A stretch of DNA of 63,950 bases, filler included, from Armatimonadota bacterium (GTDB lineage Bacteria; Armatimonadota; Fimbriimonadia; Fimbriimonadales; Fimbriimonadaceae), in assembly GCA_031400935.1 (NCBI GenBank). It is 4 parts of 4 records of this genome, joined end to end, with 100 filler letters (N's around TTAATTAATTAA, not from the genome) between each part and the next. Parts side by side here need not be neighbours in the genome. Positions count along the whole stretch, not along the records: positions 31,040 to 46,885 come from JANNQV010000012.1; 3 more parts are not named here. The stretch is one strand, 5' to 3'. The notes under the pieces were generated by a model that was not told the origin of the DNA, searched no databases, and saw nothing but the letters and a program-made list of their open reading frames with translations. This document shows, piece after piece, positions 31,217 through 41,352 of the stretch. The translations under genes and the position numbers were made by a program. The stretch's first letter is position 1, and each line of letters begins with the position of its first letter.

Positions 31217-32674
31217 CTAATTCATCGTCCAAAGCACCTGATCACAAGTCTGCGTCCAGCCGTCAACATCGGAAACATCCGCTTGCGGAACCCAGAAAAC
31301 TCTCGATTTGACTTCCCTAGTTCCCGAATAGTAATTGGCGACGCCTGTCGTTATCGTTCCTTCAACCACAGAATCCACAATCGTCGAGTTTTGGATGCTG
31401 ACGTTTGTATAAGCGTTTGTCGAATAGTTGAACATCCGTACAAACTGGCTCAGGTCGTTTCTCGATGCACTGCCTTCGAGTTTGAATTTAAGCTGGCTCA
31501 CCGTTCCTGCTGGAAGGGTTGACTCGAATTGTATTTCTCCGTTAGAATCAAACTCGTCGCATAGGACGTAAACCTTGTCGTTGTCGGAGTTCAATAGGGA
31601 TGCCAAATTCCCTCCAAAGTCGAGGCCATTGAGGATGACGTAGGAGGTTGGAGGGACGGAAACTTGGTCTTGACGAATCCACATTATGGCTTCGAAACGA
31701 AGAAGATTCACATTCCATGCATAACCAACAACTCTAGTTGTTCCGTTTGCGAACGAGATTCCAGTTGCATGCGAGTGCAAAAAACTTGCGGGGAGAAAGC
31801 CGTGAAGATCTACCCAAGACGCAGCCGTTCCACTCCAAATACAAGCATGAGCATTACCATTTACAGTGGCATAGCCAATCTGTTGACCATTTTCAGCGTC
31901 AACCGCCCGCGCGTCCAGAGTCCCCAAAGGACGCAAGCTCACTAATGATGAAGCGGTACCTGTCCATAGACAAGCTCCGTTCGTTTCAGCACCAACTTGT
32001 TGTCCATCACCCATTCCCCAAATTAGCCCAGGGCCGAGATCAACCCAAGAGGCCGCCGTGCCGCTCCAAATGCTTGCATGGTGCACTCCACCAAAGATAG
32101 AAAAGCCTCCTTGAATACCGCCGTCAACGGCGTTCCCATATGACTCCGTGGCACCGGCGGGAGTTAAGTCGATCCATGAAGAAGCAGTACCGTTCCAAAA
32201 ACTTGCGTGCCGAAGTCCGTTGATCGTTGCAGTGCCAATTTGAGTGTTGCCGCTCACACCCAGTGCTTCGGAATAGATCATGCCTGCGGGATGCAGGTCA
32301 ACCCAAGATGAAGCCGTACCTGTCCATAGGCTAGCACGCTGATTATTTCCACTCGTCGTCGGATAAACATTGCCTACTTGATGTTCGCCATCGATGCCTT
32401 TCAGTGTTGATCTTGCGCCCGAAGGATGAATGTTTATCACCGATGCGGGGGTGTCATTCCAAATGGCCGCCCGTGCACCAGCGCCAAAATCAACTTGTCC
32501 CACTTGGTGATTTCCGTCTACCGCATAAATAACTGAACTTGCTGCATTTGGTGGGTGCAGGTTGACGACCGTCCATTGGGCATTAGCGCGAATGCAAAAG
32601 ACCGGTGCGAATGAGGCAAGGGCCACGATTCGCATGGTACTTTTTCTACAAATACTAGAAGCTCTGAGATTCAT
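31217..32674 (-). CDS. Secreted repeat protein (A-x-x-W-x-GTA-x-SWVDL repeats) with C-terminal beta-sandwich domain
   Basis: Signal peptide, ~6 internal repeats, distinct ~150-aa C-terminal domain. Confidence 0.8.
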   Translation of the reverse strand: MNLRASSICRKSTMRIVALASFAPVFCIRANAQWTVVNLHPPNAASSVIYAVDGNHQVGQVDFGAGARAAIWNDTPASVINIHPSGARSTLKGIDGEHQVGNVYPTTSGNNQRASLWTGTASSWVDLHPAGMIYSEALGVSGNTQIGTATINGLRHASFWNGTASSWIDLTPAGATESYGNAVDGGIQGGFSIFGGVHHASIWSGTAASWVDLGPGLIWGMGDGQQVGAETNGACLWTGTASSLVSLRPLGTLDARAVDAENGQQIGYATVNGNAHACIWSGTAASWVDLHGFLPASFLHSHATGISFANGTTRVVGYAWNVNLLRFEAIMWIRQDQVSVPPTSYVILNGLDFGGNLASLLNSDNDKVYVLCDEFDSNGEIQFESTLPAGTVSQLKFKLEGSASRNDLSQFVRMFNYSTNAYTNVSIQNSTIVDSVVEGTITTGVANYYSGTREVKSRVFWVPQADVSDVDGWTQTCDQVLWTMN

Positions 32675-32830
32675 TTCTTTCCTTTCGTCCGAAATTTGGG
32701 ACGGCAAACACTAGTCTAGCGGATTGGAGGCGGAATGCAACCAACCTTTTCAAAACCTGGCAACTGTTGGAACCGTGGAGCCTCGAAAGAAATTCGGTCA
32801 AGCGGCCCGGTCATCCGCTTGCCTGCTCCC

Positions 32831-33538
32831 TTAACACTTCGCAGACTTGCGTTTCTTGCCAATCGGGCTTCGGGCTGCGAACTTCTGGATAGATTCGGGA
32901 GCAAAGGGCATCTTGCACGACCCGACCAGTTCAACTGAGACTTTGCCGATGCGCGTGCCGGTTTCGACCGCGAGATCGTGGAGCGGTATGAAGTAGCAGC
33001 CAACAGGGATGACAAAACTGTTCATCACTTGTTTGACGTCATTGGGCTGCTCGTGAATTGTGTTCGCCACACGCTCCAAGAGCAACTTGATTTCGGCTTG
33101 ATCGAGCTTTGCGTCATCGGTGATGGCGATCATGCTACTATACGTCTGCCAGCCAGCCGCAGCGGTGATTTCGACTTTACTATCCATCCACTCCAGGGCA
33201 ACTTCGCGGCCGTACGGGCTTCCGGACGCCACCCATGGAACCGCAAATTGGGCAATCCAGCCGAAATTGGTGGCATTCTCGATCCATTTTTGAAGGTCCT
33301 TTTTGGTCATCTTCGCGTCGTCTGCGATCAGTCCGGCTAGGTACATCGCGTCGGCGATGCCGGTGTCGTAAAGGTCTAGGGCAAGCTGGTAATCCATCTT
33401 GACGCGCTTTACGATCTTCTTCATGTCCTCGACCTTCACGCCGAGGCACGGCTCTTTGGCGCCATGGTTCATCCAAGTTTTCTTGGTCTGCGGGTTTGCG
33501 TAGGTTTCTAATTCAGCGACGACTTCTTTAACGGTCAT
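32831..33538 (-). CDS. DNA alkylation repair protein (AlkD-like family)
   Basis: GVKVEDMKKIVK, LALDLYDTG..DAMYLAGLIAD, C-terminal GKKRKSAKC. Confidence 0.85.
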   Translation of the reverse strand: MTVKEVVAELETYANPQTKKTWMNHGAKEPCLGVKVEDMKKIVKRVKMDYQLALDLYDTGIADAMYLAGLIADDAKMTKKDLQKWIENATNFGWIAQFAVPWVASGSPYGREVALEWMDSKVEITAAAGWQTYSSMIAITDDAKLDQAEIKLLLERVANTIHEQPNDVKQVMNSFVIPVGCYFIPLHDLAVETGTRIGKVSVELVGSCKMPFAPESIQKFAARSPIGKKRKSAKC

Positions 33539-33605
33539 TTGGGTTCTCCCTCAAGTCAGAATTAATGCGGAATCCTTTCTACTAACGAGGACTATTGCCG
33601 ATGAC

Positions 33606-35255
33606 TTAGCGAGCACTAGAACGTATAAGCAACTTCATGCGCGCTCCGTATTGGGACCTCTCGAAAATTTTGGAACATAGCGACGCTGGCACCGCCTTGT
33701 CAGCGAATGCCGTGGCAAGTGAGTAAAGCTCTTTGTCGGGCGAAAGCAAAATGCAGTCTAGGACCGTCGCGAGGTAGGTGATCGTTTCAGGATCGTCCTC
33801 CTTTCCCACAACCGCAAACTTTGCATAGTTATCGCGAATAAATGCCCCAAGTCCTTTCGCATCGAATCCGCGAAGGCGTGCGAACAGCCATTTCAGAGCA
33901 TCTGGGGAAATGCCCGTTCCAAGCAGCAAGTCGTTCGTGAAGCATTTTCGGAAGCGGGGCTGCAACATGCTAATCCGCCCTTGCTCGTGCATTTCATGCA
34001 ACAGACTCGCATACCTCCCCGGAGTGACGCCGGGAAGCATCACTTTGTTAATCTCGGCCAAGCTCGCCTGATCCGTATAGATCCAAATGCGGGCTTGATC
34101 GTGAGGGCCACGGAAGCGCGATTTGTTAGTGATCTCTGCCAACCTCGCGAGGGCAGGGTCTTCGATCCGCCCGATCTTGAACCGCGTCGTTTCATCAGGC
34201 TCCTTCTTCGCAATCTGCGTACATGCCACGCGCAATTTGCCAACGCTTATATCGAACGATTCCTCCATGCTCGGTCCACGGAAAGGAGACTCTTTCGCTG
34301 GAATCGTCAGCATCTGTCCCACCAGAGTAACCATGTCTTGTACTTTCGGATCTTCTGACTTCAGCGGGCACCCAGCAGGAACGAATAGGCGAAACGGACT
34401 GGTTGGCAGTTGGGCTGCAGTTAGGCCCACATTGGTCAGGCTTTGGCCCACGACTCCAAGCCCCAGCAATCCGAGTTCCGCAGGGACAAAGCCTGTGCCC
34501 GTGCCAGTTTCGCTCTGCGGCCCTGCGCAGTAGGAGGCCGTTTCAGGCTCGAGCAATCCCGTTTGGCCCGTGCAAAAGCAATTGGTGAAGACCACTTCTT
34601 TCGGAGGCGTGGCTAGGTCAAGAAGGTCGATGTAGGCTACAACATGGTCCACGTCCATCGTAGTCCAAAAAGTGTCCCAGTTATGAACGAAGTGCTTAAC
34701 CGTGCCCTTTGCTCGCAGTTTGAATCGCTTGTATTGGTATTCTCGCCCAGAAGAGCTGCATGGTGCCGCCCAATGCCCTGGAGGCGGGTACCGGACGATC
34801 TCTTCGTAACGCATGTCTTTCGCCACTTTGAAGGTCTGCCGGGTCAAACCTACGAATGAGAGGCCGTTGTATGCAAGCTTCTCTCCTTCGACTGAGCTAT
34901 CGGGGTCGAGATAGCGGACCCTTGCTGGCTCGCCGTACGACCAGTGGAACTTCAAACAAGCGATATCGCAACTTGAGTCGCACTCGCTGTGCTCACGGTG
35001 CTTGTTGCCACGGCACTGAAACGTGCAGTGTGCATAGTGGTCCATCCCGACTGGTGCCGGCCCGCTATCCTCGAGTGTGTAGGTCAGATCAATCCTGTAC
35101 TCGACCGACCTCGGGCCACCACCCGCAGCATCGAAATACGTGTCAACACAAGGTTTATCCGGTGCTCGCAACGGAATCTGAGGAGGAATCTGAAAACCGG
35201 CGCCAGGCGAGCTAGTTGGATTAGCCAAACAAAGAACAGCCAGAGCGAACAACAT
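33606..35255 (-). CDS. Secreted Cys/His-rich hypothetical protein
   Basis: 549 aa, signal peptide, HCTFQC..H.EH.ECD.SCD..C..H cluster. Confidence 0.7.
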   Translation of the reverse strand: MLFALAVLCLANPTSSPGAGFQIPPQIPLRAPDKPCVDTYFDAAGGGPRSVEYRIDLTYTLEDSGPAPVGMDHYAHCTFQCRGNKHREHSECDSSCDIACLKFHWSYGEPARVRYLDPDSSVEGEKLAYNGLSFVGLTRQTFKVAKDMRYEEIVRYPPPGHWAAPCSSSGREYQYKRFKLRAKGTVKHFVHNWDTFWTTMDVDHVVAYIDLLDLATPPKEVVFTNCFCTGQTGLLEPETASYCAGPQSETGTGTGFVPAELGLLGLGVVGQSLTNVGLTAAQLPTSPFRLFVPAGCPLKSEDPKVQDMVTLVGQMLTIPAKESPFRGPSMEESFDISVGKLRVACTQIAKKEPDETTRFKIGRIEDPALARLAEITNKSRFRGPHDQARIWIYTDQASLAEINKVMLPGVTPGRYASLLHEMHEQGRISMLQPRFRKCFTNDLLLGTGISPDALKWLFARLRGFDAKGLGAFIRDNYAKFAVVGKEDDPETITYLATVLDCILLSPDKELYSLATAFADKAVPASLCSKIFERSQYGARMKLLIRSSAR

Positions 35256-35323
35256 ATCAGTATCTTAGCACGTAAGCTTGCGTATGCCAAGTCGTGACAT
35301 TTCGCCCATTAGCGACTTGCTGC

Positions 35324-36565
35324 CTACCCAGCGCGGCTCCATTCGAGAGCCTTTTTCTTATCATCGCCCCATGTGACAAGGAAAGTGTTTGCCCCTTCCC
35401 GTTTGAACTCATAGTTGAAGACTTCGCGAGTACCGTCCTCGAAATTCAGGGTCAGTTCGCCGTCAAAGGCAGTCCAAGTTCCGCGCCATCCCGAACCCGA
35501 ACGCGAACTGAGCCCTCCAGTCCAAGTGATGTCGCCGTATTGGTTCTTACCGCTGAAATTTGAATTCGCCTCAGAATTGCTTTGATAGCTGAACGAGCCG
35601 TCCGCGCCAAGCACCGCGTTCGAATTCGTCTCTCTTCCAGCGGTTTGATTGTAGGACCAGTGCTTCCAGGTTCCAACAAGGCGATCATCCTTCTTTCCTT
35701 GTCCCCAACCAAACGTATAGAAAATGTCTCGAAGCGTTTTGTCTCGTTTTTCCAAAGTTTCCTTAGATGCGACGGCGATCAATGCCACGCCGTTCCCTTT
35801 TAGAATCGCTACATAGGCTCGAACTTGGCCCGGCTTTCCATTTACCGTTCCTTGCCAGGTGATAAACGCACCTTTTCCATTCCCGGCCGACGCTTTTTCG
35901 ACCCCGCCAACTCGCTTCATATCGGGCAGGCTTGCCTTGAGAGTTGAATCAAGGTAAGCGACGACCTCTGGTGCGGCTGGGTCTGTGGCGCCATTGGCAG
36001 ATTCCGAAAGGATGAAATACTGTTCGCCTTCGGCAGCATCGGGTGGTGAAAGTTTAAGGCCTAACTCGAGTTCTTCGAGCTTCCAACTGGCAGGGTAGCG
36101 CATTTTCCCGCCGCTTGCATGGGTGTATTCTTTGCCCGATTTCAATACTTCGGTCGGCTCTTTGCTGTATCGAACTAGCTTCCCTGCGGCTTTGGGCTGC
36201 TCAGCCTTTGGTGTTTCGCCGATTCTCTTGAAACTGATCGTGTCGGCTGACGACCAGTCGGCTTTTCCGTTTTCGTCCAGGTCGGCGATCTTCATTTGGA
36301 GTCCTTCTGCGTTCAAATTTGCCCTGAACCTGAGCTTTTCACCCATGATGGTGATATCGCCTTCAGCACTTTGCCCAATCACAGTTCCTGAAAGCTTAAA
36401 TTCGACTCCGGATGTCTTTGCCGTTCCCGAAACGGAAGTGCCAAGTTGGGCGAGTTCGAGCGTGAATTCGGCTCCATCTTGAGAACCCTTGTAGGTTCCC
36501 GTAAAGTTCGTAGCCAAGGCAAAGCTGGTGCATACGATGAACAAGAAGCTGAGAAAGTGTCTCAT
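35324..36565 (-). CDS. Secreted multi-domain hypothetical protein (PsbP-like middle, lipocalin-like C-terminus)
   Basis: Signal peptide, MRYPASWK, LVGTWKH; TATACT 6 nt before ATG. Confidence 0.7.
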   Translation of the reverse strand: MRHFLSFLFIVCTSFALATNFTGTYKGSQDGAEFTLELAQLGTSVSGTAKTSGVEFKLSGTVIGQSAEGDITIMGEKLRFRANLNAEGLQMKIADLDENGKADWSSADTISFKRIGETPKAEQPKAAGKLVRYSKEPTEVLKSGKEYTHASGGKMRYPASWKLEELELGLKLSPPDAAEGEQYFILSESANGATDPAAPEVVAYLDSTLKASLPDMKRVGGVEKASAGNGKGAFITWQGTVNGKPGQVRAYVAILKGNGVALIAVASKETLEKRDKTLRDIFYTFGWGQGKKDDRLVGTWKHWSYNQTAGRETNSNAVLGADGSFSYQSNSEANSNFSGKNQYGDITWTGGLSSRSGSGWRGTWTAFDGELTLNFEDGTREVFNYEFKREGANTFLVTWGDDKKKALEWSRAG

Positions 36566-36758
36566 TTGCTTAGTATAAGCGGAAATGGTTGGCGATGTCG
36601 AGGTTCTGATCGTTTTCTTGGAACCTTTCACGCAGCGGTCGCGAAGGTACTCATTTTGATCCGCAGATATTCGCGATCTTCGTGAAGCAAAAAAGAGGAA
36701 GATTAGAGTCTCTTAAAACAAAAGACGGTCTTCGAACCTCTTTACTATTGAGGAAGCA

Positions 36759-37247
36759 ATGGATAACAAGGAATACGAGGACTTCTATCATGAGAATGCG
36801 GATCGTGTGTTCCGGTTTTGCTATCGTCTGACAGGCGATAGGACGAAAGCCGAAGATATCGCCTCGGAAGCGTTTGGCATTTGCTATTTGAAGTTTGATA
36901 ACGTTCGTGTTGAGTCCGCGCAAACTACATATCTGTTTCGAATCGTCGTTCGATTATGGGGAAACCAACAACGAAAAGATCGCTTGGCAACCCTTGTTCC
37001 TTTCACGCGGCAACCGAAGGAGGATCATGAAATGCGCCTTGACCTCGATGTAGCAATTGAACGCCTTCCGTCTGCTCAACGAGTAGCCCTTATTCTCGTA
37101 AAGGCAGAGGGCATGACCCATGCCGAAACGGCAGAAATCCTCGGAGTGCCTATTGGAACAATTCAGTCACGAGTCTTTCAGGCCCTCAAAGGTGTTCGCA
37201 AACATCTTATGGCAACCGAATCTAAAGAAATCACTGTGGAGAACTAA
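36759..37247 (+). CDS. ECF sigma factor
   Basis: AEDIASEAF, EGMTHAETAEILGVPIGTIQSRV. Confidence 0.92.
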   Translation: MDNKEYEDFYHENADRVFRFCYRLTGDRTKAEDIASEAFGICYLKFDNVRVESAQTTYLFRIVVRLWGNQQRKDRLATLVPFTRQPKEDHEMRLDLDVAIERLPSAQRVALILVKAEGMTHAETAEILGVPIGTIQSRVFQALKGVRKHLMATESKEITVEN

Positions 37248-37997
37248 ATGGAAAATCTTGAGCTCGATCTATCTACATGGCGCAACGCAACAGCACCCGA
37301 TTCAATGGCAGGAACGTCATTGTCAAAAGCTAAGCAACGTAGGATTGCTATACCCGCACGTATAGGACTCGCTGTTTTGGTTGCGGTTGGAATTGTGCTC
37401 CTGCTGCAGCCAAGTCCCGCGCAAGCGGCATTTTCTAGGATGAAAGTGCAACTTAAACAAATTGATTCAGTTTGGATCGAAACCGACTTTCCAGGTGATG
37501 AGACTCGACAGGCTGGAAAGGGCGTAACTGTCATTGCCCATGGAGCAACTCGTCGGGATGGCCGTGAAGGACATAGGTCTTTTCGAGGCCAACAGGGAAG
37601 TTGGCACTACAACTCATTGAATGACAAGCAAATCGTTCAAAACGACAAGGAACCTAGAAATCCCACGACAAACAGTTATCTATTCGAGTCTTTCTTAGCT
37701 GCAGCAGGACCGAATCCGAAACTTGACGATTTAGGCTCAGTAATCATCAATGGCACGAAATTGCAATTATTGTCCATAAACCATTATCAGCAAATTGACT
37801 ATTACTGGATAGAGTCAACTAGCGGTTTACCGTTGCAAATCAAGCAATACCGCCAGAAAGACGGTGAACTGTTTAACACTTGCCGATTCCGATACGATGT
37901 CAAAATTGATCCGAAAATCATGACTCCTGAAGCGTTAGACAAACCGCTAACTGAATCGGTGCGACCGTATCCGGTTCTAGCTCGTTTTGGAGATTAG
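37248..37997 (+). CDS. Membrane anti-sigma-like protein with LolA-like extracytoplasmic domain
   Basis: Abuts ECF gene; single TM; YWIESTSGLPL motif. Confidence 0.65.
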   Translation: MENLELDLSTWRNATAPDSMAGTSLSKAKQRRIAIPARIGLAVLVAVGIVLLLQPSPAQAAFSRMKVQLKQIDSVWIETDFPGDETRQAGKGVTVIAHGATRRDGREGHRSFRGQQGSWHYNSLNDKQIVQNDKEPRNPTTNSYLFESFLAAAGPNPKLDDLGSVIINGTKLQLLSINHYQQIDYYWIESTSGLPLQIKQYRQKDGELFNTCRFRYDVKIDPKIMTPEALDKPLTESVRPYPVLARFGD

Positions 37998-38103
37998 AGA
38001 TAAATCGTGCACAAAAACTGTGTGGGTTGGGAGCCCGAATGGCAGAAAAAAATCGAGACGAGTAAAACGCCCGCTTTCCATTTGCACCGCGAAAAGATTG
38101 GAC

Positions 38104-39024
38104 TCACTTTCTCGGATGAGCTGCCTTGTACCGCCGTTTCACTTCTTCATAGTCAAGTTGAGTGTAAACCTGAGTCGTGGCGATGGACTCGTGCCCCAAA
38201 AGCTCTTGTACCACCCTCAAATCCGCCCCGCCTTTGAGCAAATGAACGGCGTAGGTATGGCGAAGAATATGCGGTGAAATTTCGTCGGGAAGCCCAGCCA
38301 TTCGGCAATATTCCTGCAATTTCAATGCGAATGTGGTGCGTCTCAAATGCAGTCCGCGATTCGAGAGAAATACCCGATCACTGCCCTTCTTTTGAAGCAA
38401 AGGTCGTGCGGTTTCTAGGTATTTGGCGAGCCAACCCCACGATTCGGCTGGCACAGGAATCCAGCGGGTTTTGTCTCGTTTGCCGGTCACCCGAATCGCC
38501 ATTTGTTCGTGGTCAAGCGCATTCAACGTGAGTTCAGCAGCTTCGCTGATTCTCAATCCGGCTCCGTAAATAAGCTCCATCATTGCCCGATCTCGAATTC
38601 CCGAAGCTTGAGCCACGTCTGGAGCTTCCAAAAGTTTCGTTAGCAACTCGATTGAAAGCGCCTTTGGAATCGCCTTCTTCTTGCGAAATCCTGCGGAACG
38701 CGGGAGTTCCATGGTGGGACCTCTTCCCTGCCGTTTCAGGTGCTTGAGGAAAGTTCGCAAACTGCTCATTCGTCTTTGGGCCGTTGATTGCGCCAAAGGC
38801 GGGCCTAACGATACTAGATACCGATCCATCTGATCAGGATTCAAGTCTTTCCAAGCTGTCAAATTCACCGAAGTGAAGAGTTTTCCAGCTTGGAGCAAGT
38901 CGTTTCTGTATGCTGCCACAGTATGAATGCTGGCGTAGCGGTGCATCCGAAGATAGTCGAGGAACTCTTCGATTTCTTCGATTAGCGTGTCTGTCAAGGC
39001 TTCGCTTTTAGCTTCCAAACCCAA
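38104..39024 (-). CDS. xerD: Tyrosine recombinase XerD-like
   Basis: RDRAMMELIYGAGLRISE, GKRDK, HILRHTYAVHLL, QELLGH, TTQVY. Confidence 0.85.
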   Translation of the reverse strand: MGLEAKSEALTDTLIEEIEEFLDYLRMHRYASIHTVAAYRNDLLQAGKLFTSVNLTAWKDLNPDQMDRYLVSLGPPLAQSTAQRRMSSLRTFLKHLKRQGRGPTMELPRSAGFRKKKAIPKALSIELLTKLLEAPDVAQASGIRDRAMMELIYGAGLRISEAAELTLNALDHEQMAIRVTGKRDKTRWIPVPAESWGWLAKYLETARPLLQKKGSDRVFLSNRGLHLRRTTFALKLQEYCRMAGLPDEISPHILRHTYAVHLLKGGADLRVVQELLGHESIATTQVYTQLDYEEVKRRYKAAHPRK

Positions 39025-40697
39025 ATCATAGGACGGGCGTAGTCCATATCATGCACCGAAGGCTGCGGTGGACCAGCAAAGAACGCATTCGAATAGAGTT
39101 CTTCAAGTTTCTTTTTGAATTCCACGAAACGATCTACTTGAACCTGAATCTCTGGACGATGACCCGTTGAAGCAGCAAGCCGACTGAGATCATATGACTC
39201 GTAACTTGACGCAATTACATACTGCGGCTTGACTTCTGTTAACAGCCTAACATCCCAATCCACTCGTTTATTCGGATTGACCGGGAAATATTGCACAGTT
39301 TTCACGCCATGATACGCGGGAATCATTGCTGTCATTCGATATTCAAAATCTACATAACGCGGAGCATTTGCATCGGGAAACAGTGGAGGAGTGTAAAACC
39401 AGGGATCGGCGACAACTCCAACAGTGATCTTGCCACTTTTGGCCTCCGATTGCAAATATGCAGCTACTGCATCACGAGAGTCGGTACCCGCCATTGGAGC
39501 CGTGTATCTGCCAGTCGCTAGCAAGCCTTCTCCAAATGGAATCCCGCCTAGGAACAAGATAACTGCCGCAACAGCGAATCTGCCGCCACGTTCGATTTTG
39601 CTAGCGGATTGAACAAGGAATGCAAGTCCAAATGCCATTGGAATGAGCAATGGGAACGTGTAGCGGAGGAAGGCAACTTCGGCCCGAGCCAGCACAAGGA
39701 AATAAATGACGAAAAACGCTGCAAGCGCAATGGCTTCGACCTTTTTGTTTCGCACTCCCCAACCGAGTCCGATCAGCGAAACGATTGTCAATATCAATCC
39801 TACGCCAACCGCTAAGTTGATAAAATGAAGCAGAAACGAAGATGGCATTCCCTCAAAAACGAGGCCATGCCCAGTTCTTGAATGGTTGAGTTCATACGAA
39901 AAGTCGCTTATGAATTTTGAAGAATTGCGAATCGCTCCTGGAGTCGAAGCCAGAAATGCAACGATCGAAGTGAGAACTCCTCCAAACGCCAAAGCTATCC
40001 AATTTTTAGGCTTAGTTAGGATCAATAGTGCAAACAGAACTACCAGCACTACAATTCCGGTGTATTTGGTTCCCGCAGCTAGCCCTGCGAAAACTCCAGA
40101 AAGAACCGTTGCACGCCAAAGCCCCTTCTTATCTATCCCTTCATTCAAAATTCCCATTGCCGCATATGCGCTCAATGCAACGAACAAAACCGCAAAAACG
40201 TCAACGGTCATAAATCGAGAATGAACGGTATGACCCGGAGCCACAGCAATCAATAGCGCACCTAATGAGGCGGGCAAGGGATCAAAAAATCTGCGCAAGA
40301 GTAGGAACATGATGACGACAGTAAATGCTCCTGCAAGTGTCGAAACCAGTCTTCCTCCCAAAATTACCTTTCGATCAAGCTCATAAAAAGGCACAATGTT
40401 GTTTTCGTCTGCAGGGGGCGAATACCCGATTACTACATCGTTTGCAATGCTAACCGCGGTCAAATACAGCGTTCCGTAATTATAAAATCCAGGGTAAATA
40501 TCACCTTTTCCAACCGAAATCTGCCTTGCGTACATCAGATTGACAGGCTCATCTGGATGGTAAGACCAACGTCTTTCTGAATTTGGGAGACCCCAATCAA
40601 TACCAACAAACCGTATCAAAAACGCTACGACAAACAGCAATAAAGGAAGCCACTTAACGATTGAGCGCTTCGGTAGGGATTCGGACTCTGGTTCCAC
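38994..40697 (-). CDS. GT-C (ArnT/PMT, family 39-like) membrane glycosyltransferase
   Basis: YHPDE, multiple TMs, GLAAGTKY. Confidence 0.82.
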   Translation of the reverse strand: MEPESESLPKRSIVKWLPLLLFVVAFLIRFVGIDWGLPNSERRWSYHPDEPVNLMYARQISVGKGDIYPGFYNYGTLYLTAVSIANDVVIGYSPPADENNIVPFYELDRKVILGGRLVSTLAGAFTVVIMFLLLRRFFDPLPASLGALLIAVAPGHTVHSRFMTVDVFAVLFVALSAYAAMGILNEGIDKKGLWRATVLSGVFAGLAAGTKYTGIVVLVVLFALLILTKPKNWIALAFGGVLTSIVAFLASTPGAIRNSSKFISDFSYELNHSRTGHGLVFEGMPSSFLLHFINLAVGVGLILTIVSLIGLGWGVRNKKVEAIALAAFFVIYFLVLARAEVAFLRYTFPLLIPMAFGLAFLVQSASKIERGGRFAVAAVILFLGGIPFGEGLLATGRYTAPMAGTDSRDAVAAYLQSEAKSGKITVGVVADPWFYTPPLFPDANAPRYVDFEYRMTAMIPAYHGVKTVQYFPVNPNKRVDWDVRLLTEVKPQYVIASSYESYDLSRLAASTGHRPEIQVQVDRFVEFKKKLEELYSNAFFAGPPQPSVHDMDYARPMIWVWKLKAKP

Positions 40698-41352
40698 TGC
40701 TTGATGTTAGCACTTCAAGAAGCGAATCAACCACAGCGGGGTCGAATGCAGTGCCGCGACCACGAATGATCGAATCTCTTGCGAGCAACGAACCTTGGAG
40801 CCTCGATAGCCACACAAACTCGCAGACGACATTCAATACACGCGCTTCCACCGGAATGTCGTTACCCGAAGGAAATATATCCGTTCCTGTCCCTCGGAAA
40901 TCCGTGTGATGCAAGCGAACTATAGGAGCCAAGTGGCGAAGGGATGGCACCAGTTCGAGCATTGCTCCGCTTACTTCAGCGTGCCGGTAATAGGTGCTCC
41001 AGTCCGCATCATCCCAGTTAAACGTAGACTTTTCATGAACGAGGGAGTATGGAATTGAACAAAGTCCAATGTCGCGAAGCTCAGCTGCCATTTGCATTGT
41101 TACAAGCGTATTCTCACTAAGTTTCAGCCGTTTGCCGACAAGCCTTGCCAAAACGACGACCCTTTCAGTTAATCCCTTGTGACTTGGGAATCGAAGCTCA
41201 ATTGCTGTTCCAAAAACCTGAATGGACTGACGCAGCCGCACTTCAAGCCTTCGAGGCATTGCAATTCGACTATAAAAGAGAATAGTAACCGTCGCAATTA
41301 CACAAATCCCAATCGAAAGCCAAAGAATGGTACTGCCGGAGAGGGGAATCAC
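40654..41352 (-). CDS. Degenerate HD-GYP domain protein
   Basis: ELRDIGL in place of LHDIGK, IVRLHH, FDPAVV. Confidence 0.8.
   Translation of the reverse strand: MIPLSGSTILWLSIGICVIATVTILFYSRIAMPRRLEVRLRQSIQVFGTAIELRFPSHKGLTERVVVLARLVGKRLKLSENTLVTMQMAAELRDIGLCSIPYSLVHEKSTFNWDDADWSTYYRHAEVSGAMLELVPSLRHLAPIVRLHHTDFRGTGTDIFPSGNDIPVEARVLNVVCEFVWLSRLQGSLLARDSIIRGRGTAFDPAVVDSLLEVLTSSSGTRVRIPTEALNR

Noticed and set aside
38104..39024. Tyrosine recombinase as an integron or phage integrase for the nearby accessory genes
   Set aside because: Size and motifs fit housekeeping XerD; no IntI insertion or attC sites seen.
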